Below are positions 1 to 13,628 of a stretch of 64,000 nt of DNA, one piece after another. Numbering within the stretch: position 1 is the stretch's first letter; the number at the start of each line of letters is the position of its first letter. A model generated the notes under the pieces. The model was given only the letters and a program-made list of their open reading frames with translations, was not told where the DNA came from and searched no databases. Source of the stretch: Eledone cirrhosa (Eukaryota); the NCBI GenBank assembly GCA_964016885.1, contig OZ024743.1:288548001-288612000 (forward strand), read 5' to 3'. Both the position numbers and the translations under genes were made by a program.

Positions 1-88
1 GGGCCTGGGCATTTTGCCAACTATACACGGGCCTGTGTGCATCAACGCAGCAATTCGTTGCTAGTACTAAAAAGGTTCACCACCCCTG
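1..88. mobile_element. Right end of a probable hAT-type non-autonomous DNA transposon
   Basis: Ends in aaaaggttcaccacccctg (reverse complement CAGGGGTGGTGAACCTTT), which resembles hAT/Charlie-type TIRs. The other end is outside the window. Confidence 0.35.
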
Positions 89-616
89 TACTAAAGTAAA
101 CCGCGCATACTCCACAGAGCACTGTAAATGTGGAGAGTTATGTGATAGTGACATCTGTGGTATGATAGGAGACTGGCATAGCAACTACAAAGAATGGTAT
201 TAGCAAGAGAAATTATGTCAAGAATTGGGTTCGCTCATCTTCCGTAGTCTCTCTGACATGACATGAGAAAAATAGCCCCGCTTTAAGACAAACTGTATTA
301 CGCTTGTGTATAGATGTGAATCTGCATGTACATGTGTAGTTGCATATATGTAAATATATATATGCGTGTGTTCAAATGTATATATATATATTTTTGCATG
401 TGTATGTATATGTATATGTGCATGTGTATATAAGCATTGATATATATATATGTATATATATGTATGTGTGCGTGTGAATGTGGGTGTGTGAGTGAAGGAA
501 TGTTTATATATACATGAATTGTTTTTTTATTTATTTATTTTCAAGAAGCTGTTTAACGTGGGAAAGAATAAAAGATGCTGTCGAAATGATGTGGAAAGAA
601 AAGAATATGATATGAA

Positions 617-680
617 AGAAGAAGAAGAAGAAGAAGAAGAAGAAGAAGAAGAAGAAGAAGAAGAAGAAGAAGAAGAAGAA
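617..680. repeat. (GAA)n microsatellite
   Basis: Pure GAA run; explains the poly-E/poly-S ORFs. Confidence 0.95.
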
Positions 681-777
681 GGAGAAATATTAGAGTAAAG
701 TCGACAACATGAGAGATAAATCATATCTGTAAGATATTAGAATGATGATTAAAAAATAAGTAAAGAAAGAGAGGGAA

Positions 778-2190
<1,413 letters not shown>

Positions 2191-2364
2191 ACGCCTGCAC
2201 TCACATACATATACATAAGAGGCACATCTAAATTGGCCGAGGCCGCCACGACAAACAACAAAAACGAGAACATCAAATTCCCCGTCACCATTATGAGGTT
2301 AACCGCCATCAAGGACATTAGCACACCTCTACCGCCGCCACCAGCTGTATCGCGTCAATCCTTT

Positions 2365-2440
2365 TTACTTCAAAATCCCTCCATGCCCCTGTATTTGTAT
2401 TGTCCCCTATTTGTCGGCTCTTGTGGCCAATAAATGAAAC
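2365..2440 (+). mobile_element. 3' end fragment of a LINE-like repeat (family also at 50270-50546 and 58925-59210)
   Basis: aaaatccc...gtattgtcccct...cttgtggccaataaatgaaa aligns by eye with 50481-50545 (aaaatccc...gtattgtccccttt...cttgtggcacataaagaaa). Confidence 0.5.
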
Positions 2441-2445
2441 TATTC

Positions 2446-2633
2446 GATTGGCAGTATCGGTAGAGGGTCGAACGCCATACTTTGCAGCATAGAGTTACGG
2501 CCCTTTATGCTGTGAGTTCAAATCCCGCCGAGGTTAACTTTCCCTTTCATCCTTACGGGGGTCGATAAAATAAAGTACCAGTAATGCACTGAGATAATTG
2601 CTGGCCTTGTGCCTAAATTAGAAACAATTATTA
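2446..2633 (+). mobile_element. tRNA-derived SINE, family A
   Basis: A-box-like TGGCAGTATCGG, B-box GAGTTCAAATCCC, central ctttcatccttacggggtcgataaaataaagtaccagt and an (ATT)n-like tail. About 20 copies occur in the window. Confidence 0.9.
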
Positions 2634-2682
2634 CTTCACAATCTTCGTACAATCGAAATACCCACTACTGCTACTGCTGCTG

Positions 2683-2721
<39 letters not shown>

Positions 2722-2952
2722 GGTGTTGGTTAGGGCTTTGAAAATGTTATAGACTACAAACATTTGATTAAATATTGTGTTTGGCACACTTTAAAAATAT
2801 ATATTTAAAACGTTATTGATTATATATATTTAAGCCTAAATATATGAATAATTTAAACCCTAGAAAATTATTTATTACGTACATATTCAATAAATGAGAC
2901 CATGTTATCAAGATGTATTCAGAATATCTACTGCACGTCCATAATTAGTTTA

Positions 2953-3317
2953 CTGGCAGTATCGGTAGAGGGTCGGACGCCATATTTGCAGCAAAGAGTT
3001 ACGGCCTTTTATGATCTGAGTTCAAATCCCGCCGAAGTTAACTTTGCTTTTCATCCTTAGTAATGCACTGAGATAATTGCTGGCCTTGTGCCAAAAGTAG
3101 AAACAATTATTATCAAAGGAACTGGGGCTGTGGATTGGCAGAATCATTAGAGCGTCAGACAAAATGTTTAAGAGTATTTATATTCTGAGTTCAAATCCAC
3201 ATTACATCATTTTGAGGTTGAGAAAATAAAGTATCAGTCAGGTGTTGGGGTCGATATAATCGACTAAATTTATCCAACATATTTCTACCTTTGTGCCTAT
3301 AGATGGAAATAATTATT
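2953..3317 (+). mobile_element. Two tandem family-A SINEs (one internally deleted, one older)
   Basis: Same head and tail motifs at 2953-3113 and about 3125-3317. Confidence 0.8.
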
Positions 3318-3324
3318 TTCATGG

Positions 3325-3546
3325 GGCACATGTATGTGCCATGTAGCACACGTAGCACACGTATGTGCCATGTAGCACACGTAGCATATGTATGTGCCAT
3401 GTAGCACACGTAGCACACGTATGTGCCATGTAGCACACGTAGCACACGTATGTACCATGTAGCACACGTAGCACACGTATGTGCCATGTAGCACACGTAG
3501 CACACGTATGTGCCATGTAGCACACGTAGCACACGTATGTGCCATG
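3325..3546. repeat. 29-bp minisatellite, about 7.5 copies
   Basis: Unit gtatgtgccatgtagcacacgtagcacac starts at 3332, 3361, 3390, 3419, 3448, 3477, 3506 and 3535 (partial), with few substitutions. Confidence 0.95.
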
Positions 3547-4051
3547 ATACATCGTTTCGAAATTATTGGTGCCGAGAGACACAACAACAACTGATATGAT
3601 GAAATAAAATAGGGTCTAAATACAACTTTAGTAATTAAAACTATATTAGTTAATTATATTTTAATGACTATTATGTGTAATGTCAATCCCGCGGATATGG
3701 CAGGTTATTTCAGAAACGTTTGGACACAGGTTCCTTATCTAGAGCAAAGAAATCAAATGTTGCAACATTTTCTTTTTACACAAACAAAATCACATGCACA
3801 CACATATATACACACACATATATACACACACATATATACACACGCAGTACAGCAGGTAAGCACACGTATGCACTGCTGTTGTTCCGTTCTACTGCTTTGC
3901 CTTCAACATCAACAACTTTCACAGTAGCCATCACAATAACAACACAAGTCACACCAACTATAACTGTAACTTAGCTTTTACAACAACTCATAACGGCAAC
4001 AACAGTAAAAGCAAGTGTCGAGAGTGTTTTTATATTATTATTATGATATTA

Positions 4052-4470
4052 AGGAGGTGGACTGGCAGTATCGGTGGAGGGTCGAACGCCAAGCTTTTCA
4101 GCAAAGAGTTACGTCCATTTATGATATGAGTTCAAATCCCGCCGAGGTTAACTTTGCCTTTCATCCTTACGGGGTTGATAAAATAAAGTACCAGTCACGC
4201 ACTGGGGTCGATTTAATCGACTTTCCCCTCCCTCAAAATTGTTGGTCTTGTGCCTATATAGGAAACCATTATTATGATATTAAGGGCGGTGGATTGGCAG
4301 TATCGGTAGAGGGTCGGACGCCATGATTTGTAGAACAGTTACGTCCCTTTACGGACTGATATTCCGCCGACGTTGACTATGCCTTTCATCCGTACGGGGT
4401 CGATGAAATAAAGTACCAGTAATGCACTGGGTAATTACTGGCCTTGTGCCAAAAGTAGAAACAATTATGA
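4052..4470 (+). mobile_element. Head-to-tail pair of family-A SINEs
   Basis: Copies at about 4052-4272 (long 3' variant with actggggtcgatttaatcgac) and 4284-4468 (short variant). attatgatattaagg occurs at 4040, 4271 and 4464. Confidence 0.9.
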
Positions 4471-4526
4471 TATTAAGGGGATTTGCATATATAGACGTCA
4501 TATATATGTGTGTGTGTATGTGTGTG

Positions 4527-4639
<113 letters not shown>

Positions 4640-5028
4640 GTGTGTGTGTGTGTGATCGTTAATGTTTATCAAATAAGATTTAAGACAACACGAGTCTGTC
4701 TGATAAATAAAAAGGAAAAAAAATATTCTCGAAAACAAACAATCAACTGCCATCTACTTGAAGAACAGATCCTATCGTAACGAGTTAAATTGACGACATC
4801 CCATGTAGATTACTGGTAGACTGTTATGGTGGTGGTGGTTTTATAAGAAGGGGGTGAGGATGGTTGTGATGTTGTAGCTGGTGCTGGAGTTGGGGAAAGT
4901 ATTGGTAGGGGAAGAGATATGGTTGGTAGTGTTGTTTTGATGGAAGTAGTAGTTTTAGTGTTGGTTTGTCGTTTGTGGTTTTTGGTAGTATTGGTATTGA
5001 TGGTTTCATCTGTATTGATGTCAACCAT

Positions 5029-5143
<115 letters not shown>

Positions 5144-5173
5144 AGGCACACACATACACAAACATATATAGAC

Positions 5174-5209
<36 letters not shown>

Positions 5210-5227
5210 GTATATATATATATATAC

Positions 5228-5320
<93 letters not shown>

Positions 5321-5329
5321 ATATTAATA

Positions 5330-7048
5330 AATGGAAACTACATTTATAAAACCATATTTATTTTATTATACATATTTCAAGGGCAACCAAGGCAAATTAT
5401 GGTGCGCTTTCATCATATAAAATACAGATTTGTTTTATAAATAAATATTGACATACCCAGAAAAAAAGACAACCTTAACGGTTGTAGCTTCCTGGGTAGT
5501 GGAGATAGTACATTTATTGAGGGTGATACAAAGTTATGAGTGAATATGCAAATGAGTGTCCGAATAGTTGAAAAGATAACGGTTTATTTAAATTAAACTG
5601 TTGGAAGAAGATGATATGTATGGGAGAGAGAAAAAAAGAAAAAAGAAAAAAGAAAAAAGAAAGGAGAAAGATAGAAGAGGAAAGAAAGAACGATTATATA
5701 TATTGATAGTGAAAATAGAGTGCATGAAGAAATATGTTTCAAAGGATAAATATACACAGCGTAAGTATATCTAAGAGAAAGAAGAAATGAGATTAACGTG
5801 GAAGAATATTATTTATAACGCAGGGTTCATTACGTTTTGATTATAATACTTATAATGATTGGTTGAAAAATTAGATTAAAATTAAATTAAAATTATAATA
5901 AAAAATAAAAATTAGTAATCGAAATTAAAGATTAAAATTTACCTTAATATTAAAGATTTAATTTAATAATTTAATAATAATAATTAGTTTAAATGTGTAT
6001 GTTGAGGATTATAAATTATTTAAATAAATATATAGTATTTTACATTAGAGCAAATCTAGTATAGTTTATTTTATTAAAAGTTGATGATTTACGATTTTAT
6101 TAAAATGAAAGATTTACGAGAGTTTACAAAGGAATAACCACTTAATTATATTATAAAAACAGTAAGGAAATGTAAAGGAAGTTAGAAGTGATTTTTTAAG
6201 AACTCAGATGACTCTAAGGATTAAATGTTATAAAGTTAAAAAGTTAAACATTTTTTATCTTAAGAATATAATTAAAACATTAACCATATGTTATTTTATA
6301 CGAAGTCATAAATTTACTTTATAAAATAAAATAAAAAAAAAAAAATTATCTTAAGAATATATTTAAAGCATAAACCATAGGTTATTCTACATACATATAA
6401 AAAACCTATATATAAAAATCATGTTTTTCCACATATATATAAACATTTGTATATATATATTAAAAACGTTTGAAGATATAAAAATGTAAAAATATTGGAA
6501 GGTATGAAAATAATGGTTTTTCTATATCTTTCAAAGGAATTTTCAAAAGATTTTTCTTAAAACCTTTCGTAAGTTTTTCAAGAAAATGTTTTTCTTAAAG
6601 GAGTTTCAAGCAGTCATATAAATTTTTTTTATAATCTATCGATAGGTGTAATAATATAAAGTATATAGTATATATATGTGAGGTAGAGATAATAGAAAGT
6701 AAATTAAATATATGAATCATATATAGATATAGAAGACATTATGTAAAGGAGATAAATCATATATTACATTTTATATATATATTTAAAAGTTGAGTTTAAA
6801 CGATGTTTGCAGGAACTAAATAAATTATTTCGCAAATTAATAGAGTTCTTACTTTTTAGTATAAAGAATATTTCTTCAACGCAAAGTGAGTAATTTTGGG
6901 ATAAAGCAGTGTATGAAGGAGCTTTGGAAATAATTTTCCAAAGTAAAGAATAGTAAAGAATTCTTGGATTTCAAGTCCCATAATAAGTTAGATAGAGAAG
7001 TTGAAGATTTTTTACCAATATTCGTAAAGGAACATTTATGGTTATTAA

Positions 7049-7050
<2 letters not shown>
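5330..7050 (+). mobile_element. Possible highly decayed Penelope-like (GIY-YIG) retroelement 3' region
   Basis: A-rich, non-microsatellite tract. 6647-6685 reads CNNIKYIVYICEV, similar to the Cxx(K/N)xIVYxCxV motif before the GIY-YIG nuclease core. Many stops and frameshifts. Confidence 0.3.
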
Positions 7051-7080
<30 letters not shown>

Positions 7081-7088
<8 letters not shown>

Positions 7089-7468
7089 TGTAAGCTATCG
7101 CCGTATTTTGACTAAAGAAATTAAAGAAATTATTTAGCCTGATAGTGGGGTTAAGAACCCTCGGAGAAATGGAAAAAGATGAGTATTGACGTACATGTGA
7201 GTCGAACCCACATCTTTGGTTATCTGGACCACTGTGCTACCATTTACACCAACACATCACTCATTAAATGGTAACACAGTGGTCCGGATAACCAAACATG
7301 TGGGTTCGACTCCCATGTACGTCAATACTCATCTTTTTCCATTTCTCCGAGGGTTCTTAACCCCACTATCAGGCTAAATAATTTCTTTAATTTCTTTAGT
7401 CAAAATACGGCGATAGCTTACATTTCTAATCATTTCAAGCCCACTCGCTGTTTCGAAAATATTCTTAC
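7081..7468. mobile_element. Fold-back repeat with 166-bp inverted arms and tRNA-like heads (family also at 36397-36695)
   Basis: Arms 7081-7246 and 7265-7430 with 4 mismatches and an 18-nt spacer. The right arm continues to attcttac (7468). (TA)n lies on both sides. Confidence 0.9.
7187..7258 (-). pseudogene. 72-nt tRNA-like cloverleaf inside the fold-back repeat
   Basis: GATGTGT TG GTGT-AAATGGTA-GCAC A GTGGT-CCAGATA-ACCAA AGAT GTGGG-TTCGACT-CACAT GTACGTC A gives acceptor, D, anticodon and T arms at canonical spacing. TTTTT follows about 10 nt downstream. The anticodon loop is non-canonical and differs between copies. Confidence 0.7.
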
Positions 7469-8074
7469 ATATATATATATATATATATTTCTATGTGCGC
7501 TTTATCTGTGTACGATGGTCTTAATATACTTTGGCATCTTAAAAAAAAGTTTTATATCCCGATAATGCATTAAGTTTGATCATATATCAAACACGTTGAG
7601 CACATCTGTATATCAACAATATAGATATAATGACATTTTATCTTATTATTATTATTTATTTTTTTCTCAATTGCCAACGTATAAACCAACGACCTCCTTT
7701 ATATGTATATATACGAATAGGCTCTTTGTTGTGGTTGTTATGGTTGTTGTTGCTGTTAATATTGTTGTTGTTGTAGATGAAAGTCTGTTCCACCATCAAC
7801 CACCCCTACTCATGTAGTGTTATAACTTGTATGTAATCAAATGTCTTGGTAAGATTCTTAAGGAGACATCTTTTGGAAAGAGATATACTAGGATAAAAAT
7901 GAAATATTAACAACTCGACATCTGTGGCTGACATCTTGAAGTAGACATACAGTGCTTCACAGTACACACTTTCATACACACACATATATGTATATATATG
8001 TGTGTGTGTGTGTGTGCGTGTGTGTGTATGAAAGTGTACACACGCACACACATAGGTGTGTGTGTGTGTGTGTA

Positions 8075-8156
<82 letters not shown>

Positions 8157-8283
8157 GTGCGTGTGTCGGTGTGTGAAAAGGATTTTAAGCTTGTACGTGT
8201 ATGCATGTAAATATGTGTCTGTATGTAGAGAACGTGTGAAGGAGTTCCTCTAGAACCATATGTGCACTCTCTCTCTCTCTCTA

Positions 8284-8337
<54 letters not shown>

Positions 8338-9286
8338 TCTTCCTCTTCTCTCTTTTTCCCTCTCTCTTTCTCTCTCTGTCACTCTCTCTCTTTCTCTCTC
8401 TGTCACTCTCTCTTCCTCTTTCTCTCTCATGAACACAAGATCACTCACATATTTATATACGTTCATGTTTACAAATGATAGATTAAAGCATCCCGCATGT
8501 ATTATGAAACTGTTGGCAATTCACTCTATTGTTACTGGGGGTTACATAAATTTAAATTTATACGAGTTAAATAAAGTTGCCATATACGAGGTAAGTTGAG
8601 TGACATTGGTCAAATCAGGTCGCGTGGTGAAATGTTTTGCAGGTTGAAAGTCACTAGGTTACTGTGTTGTAACTTGCTGTTACATATTCATTACCAAAGA
8701 TTCTTAGCTATTGAATTTAAATACTTGCTAATGCTTAGTTAGCATTCCTACACAAGACACTTTAAATGAATTGCATAACTTACACATTGTCTACTGCATG
8801 TTCCACGGGAAAAGTTGTCTTTTGATAAAATTTGATAACGACTTATTGTATGACTTTTTTAAAAATAATAATATATTCTCTCGCCGAAACATATTTTTGT
8901 TTCATTTAATACCTTCTTAAGATTAAGTCGGTGGAGATGGGCGATACAATGTTGGTATATTTTCCAGGATTCTATGAAAACTGAATATGTATCCTGCGTT
9001 GAAATACGCCTCGGAAGCACTGCTCTAAAAAATTAGTACCTCATAAAAAAAGCCAGACATACAAAAAACAACCATGACCCAACAAAGCAGAACAAATATT
9101 TGTATATTCTACACAACAAACATGCGCAATACTAATGTAACCCGGCAAACAACAAAACAAATACACGGTACAAACACTACTCCTCACTCCGATGAAGACG
9201 AGGCTACACATTTCAGAAACTCGTCGTTAGCCTAGGATTGTAGGAGAGACTCGAATAATATTGGGGAAAAACATATAAAATAAGTA

Positions 9287-9477
9287 TAATAATTGTTTCT
9301 ACTTTTGGCACAAGGCCAGCAAATACCAGTACATTACTGGTACTTTATTTTATCGACCCCGTAAGGATGAAAGACAAAGTTAACCTCGGCGGGATTTGAA
9401 CTCAGATTATAAAGGGACGTAACTCTATGCTTCAAAGCATGGTGCACGACTCTCTACCGATACTGCAAATCCACCGC
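9287..9477 (-). mobile_element. Family-A SINE
   Basis: Reverse complement of the family-A consensus, full length. Confidence 0.9.
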
Positions 9478-9789
9478 AAGAATAATAATGATAAGACGGG
9501 AGAAATAAACGACAAAAACATCAACAACAATAACAGCAAAAAATATTCACAATAATGCCAAAATAATATATCGATTATTTTATCTTTTTTTAAGAGGATG
9601 GGGATATTTTTTTCTTCACTCCAGTGGCAGCACAACCAAAATTTATTCATTATAATAGTGTTACACTACTGAAAATGTTATGTTACAAATAGTGAAAATA
9701 ATGCAAATACTGAGATACAGACAAACATGCAATTTTGATAAAACCTGATACAATATTATACAATATAACATGATGGGACAACATATAAT

Positions 9790-10295
<506 letters not shown>

Positions 10296-10359
10296 TAAGT
10301 AGGAGAAAGAGGCCGAAAGACAGACAGGTTATAACAATGTAATAAAACGTAGCCATTAC

Positions 10360-10432
10360 CTCGTTTTTGCATAAAAGAAAACAGATCATCTAAAAATTCT
10401 TTCCTTTTTGGATCTTCACTGAGCTCATATAA
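10360..10432 (-). CDS. ARID3: Internal coding exon of an ARID3-family (dead ringer/retained/Bright) transcription factor, start of the ARID domain
   Basis: Minus strand reads ttcttgcag|TTA TAT GAG CTC AGT GAA GAT CCA AAA AGG AAA GAA TTT TTA GAT GAT CTG TTT TCT TTT ATG CAA AAA CGA G|gtaatg = [24 protein letters not shown](G). The exon is 73 nt, phase 0 acceptor, phase 1 donor. The peptide matches the ARID3 signature [25 protein letters not shown](TP) of human ARID3A and Drosophila dead ringer. The expected flanking exons (WTYEEQFKQ upstream, TPVNRIPIMAK downstream) were not found by eye in the window. Confidence 0.95.
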
Positions 10433-10666
10433 CTGCAAGAATAATAGGGAAACAAATTGATAGAATTGCAAACAGTGTGTAAATGGAGAAGCAAAGAGGG
10501 AGAGAAAGATGAAGTGAAAGAGAATGAGTGAGAGTTAGTGCATGTGATAGGTTTATGAGAAGTAAGGCTTGAATGCTGGGCTTTGCACTGGGTGTTAATG
10601 TGGTATGCATATGTTGGGCATAATACATAGGGCGGCATGTTCTTCTCATTACATAATACACGTGAA

Positions 10667-10732
<66 letters not shown>

Positions 10733-10737
10733 ATATA

Positions 10738-10856
<119 letters not shown>

Positions 10857-11130
10857 ATATATATATTTATCCTTATCGAGCCCTCTTTGGATTTTAGTCT
10901 TCAAATTTATTATTATTACTATATATATATATATAATAACTAGAAATTGATTAACATATAAATAAACATGAATAATCACAGGAGATAATTTTGACAAGTG
11001 TGTAAGTACACATAGCTAGGTAGGTAACTAAATAAAGTTAACCAGAACTTCAAAAATAGATACCTTATAATATGATTAATCTTCCCTGTAGGTTGATTTA
11101 GATTAAATTCATTTTGATTTATCTTAATTT

Positions 11131-11203
<73 letters not shown>

Positions 11204-11310
11204 GTGTGTGTTGTGTCTGTATCTGTATTTGTCTATGTACATACACCTACACTCTCATACACATACAAGTGTTCCTTATTTATACTGTGTCTGCTATTGA
11301 AACGTTAGTT

Positions 11311-11358
11311 CTTGACTGATGACCCTGTGATAAACAGGCGAAACTCCAGAGTAACTAG
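11311..11358 (+). ncRNA. Degenerate minimal hammerhead-ribozyme-like motif
   Basis: CTGATGA (11316), C CCTGT gataa ACAGG C (stem II, C-C at base), GAAA, CTC ca GAG (stem III), then the GUA triplet. Stem I is poorly paired. Confidence 0.45.
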
Positions 11359-11417
11359 ACTCACAATTTAGCCTAAATAAAATGAACACACACACATACA
11401 TACATTTGTGTGTGTGC

Positions 11418-11471
<54 letters not shown>

Positions 11472-11476
<5 letters not shown>

Positions 11477-11636
11477 AATTTAAAAAAATATGATCAACAC
11501 TAACGTGTTCTTTTTTGCAAAATGACAATAAGTTTTTAGCCAGATAGAAGTACCTTAATTCTATCTGGCTAAAAAATTATTGTCATTTTGCAAAAAAAAA
11601 CACATTAGTGTTGATCATATTTTTTAAAATTGTACT
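11472..11636. repeat. Inverted repeat, 78-bp arms, 9-nt spacer
   Basis: agtacaattt...agccagatagaa / ttctatctggct...aaattgtact with few mismatches. Begins immediately after a (TA)n tract. Confidence 0.9.
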
Positions 11637-11785
11637 GTAATGCTCAGAAGTATTTTCTTAGAGCTTAATAATTGTATTTGACTACTAAATTGAAATATAT
11701 ATATATATATATGTATATGTATTTGTATATACATATATGTGTGTATATATATATATATATATGTATTTGTATATACATATATGTG

Positions 11786-11900
<115 letters not shown>

Positions 11901-12280
11901 GTGTGTGTGAGTGTCTTTGTATTTAAACTTTAACATTCAAACTTATAATATACATTATTGAATTATGATGCCAAATTTTCTTCAAATTAAAGACGATCAT
12001 ATATCTGGTTAACGAGTTTAATGGGGAATTTCTCTTAAAATGATATGCATTACTTCTTGTAGACCGATCAGATATGAAACAGTGATCTTCGCTCCCAAAT
12101 TTTGAGAATTATATACTGCTATGAAATAAACGCATGCAGGTTATTTCTCTTAAGAAAAAAACCCACTAGGTTCAATTAGTAAATGTATATGAATTTGTAT
12201 ATGCATATATATATATATATATACACACACACAACCCGATCGTATGTCTGGTTATATGAACTTAATGTATCTGTACGTAC

Positions 12281-12282
<2 letters not shown>

Positions 12283-12311
<29 letters not shown>

Positions 12312-12375
12312 TGTATGTATGTATGTATGTATGTATGTATGTATGTATGTATGTATGTATGTATGTATGTGTGTG

Positions 12376-12407
<32 letters not shown>

Positions 12408-12453
12408 TGTATGTATGTATGTATGTATGTATGTATGTATGTGTGTGTGTATG
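12283..12453. repeat. (TATG)n microsatellite
   Basis: Directly visible. Confidence 0.95.
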
Positions 12454-12462
12454 TAAGAATGT

Positions 12463-12620
12463 TTGGCGAATTGACACAGTCGTTAGAATGTCGGATAGAA
12501 TCTTAGTCGTATATTCTTCAGGTTTCTGCGCTTTCTGAATTCTAATCCCGAAGAGGTCAATTGTGCATTTCTTCCTTTCGAGGAGGATAAAAAAATATCC
12601 CAGGCCAGTACTGGCATCGA
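12463..12620 (+). mobile_element. Old, diverged family-A-like SINE
   Basis: ggcgaattgacacagtcgttaga head, ctgaattctaatcccgaagaggtcaa B-box region and cctttcgaggaggataaa core. Confidence 0.55.
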
Positions 12621-13597
12621 TTCCTCCTCTACATCTCTTTTTCACTTCCTATATTTCACACACTCTCTCTCACTGAATCAATCTTTCTCACCCTCCTTCT
12701 CTTTCTTACTACAGTCCCCTATTGCTCTCTATCTTTCTCTCTGCAAGAAATCGCCTGTGTTCAATCCTGGAAACAGTCCCTGAAACATTGCCACCAGCTA
12801 TAAAGTGCTCACACATATCTCGTTTGTTTTAAGTGTTCAAATATGTCCCGTCAGCGCCGCCATCACTCCACTTAGTATTACGGATCCATACACACGTACG
12901 TATGTATGTTTGTCAAGAAATATGTATGTGTGAAAAGCATGGTTGTAATTGCATGCGTGTATCTGTATGTTTTCTCTGATTTATATGTATCTATAATTCT
13001 GTTTGTATGTCTACACATGTGAATAATATTTATTATTTGCTAAACTTTTCGAATGGTTTACATATTTTCACAGTTCGTACAATCAACTTACCATTGTAAT
13101 ATCATTGATGTTGTCTTTTTTACTTTTTTACTTATCTTTAACATAATGTTAACATCTACTCGAATGAAATTTACTTGGTTTCGACGATGATTGCTGCAAT
13201 TCTACGATCAACTATACTTTACACTGATGTTTAATTTATTTATTATTTAACAGATGCGTGTATCCTTTACGTTAATTCTCAAGGTGATTCGGCGTGTCAA
13301 AACGTCCCACATGGCTGGAATTTTGAACGATAGGTAAATTCTTTCAGACAGGCTTGAAAAACAGTTTCGTCTAAGATATTTAACCCACGAGGTGGATACT
13401 GGACTAGGGTAGATGATATTTATCTCAGATGCCCTGCAGTTGTAGCGACCGGGGCTCATGAGTATGAAGCTAGCGTCTTATCCATTCTCCCAAGCTACCT
13501 ACACAACCTACTAGCAACAAAGCAACTGTCTGCACACACTGTATATATATATGTAAGTATGTATGTAAGTATGTATGTATGTATGTATGTATGTATG

Positions 13598-13628
<31 letters not shown>

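Noticed and set aside
3325-3546. CRISPR-like array
   Set aside because: The units are contiguous with no unique spacers, there are no cas genes, and the context is eukaryotic.
5330-7050. Nuclear mitochondrial insertion (very AT-rich, next to a tRNA-like sequence)
   Set aside because: No recognisable mitochondrial protein or rRNA motifs. The tRNA-like unit has nuclear A/B-box features and recurs as a repeat.
7187-7258. Functional tRNA gene
   Set aside because: The anticodon loop differs among the three copies (CCAGATA, CCGGATA, CTGGATA) and lacks a purine at position 37. The acceptor stem has several G-U pairs. Treated as tRNA-like.
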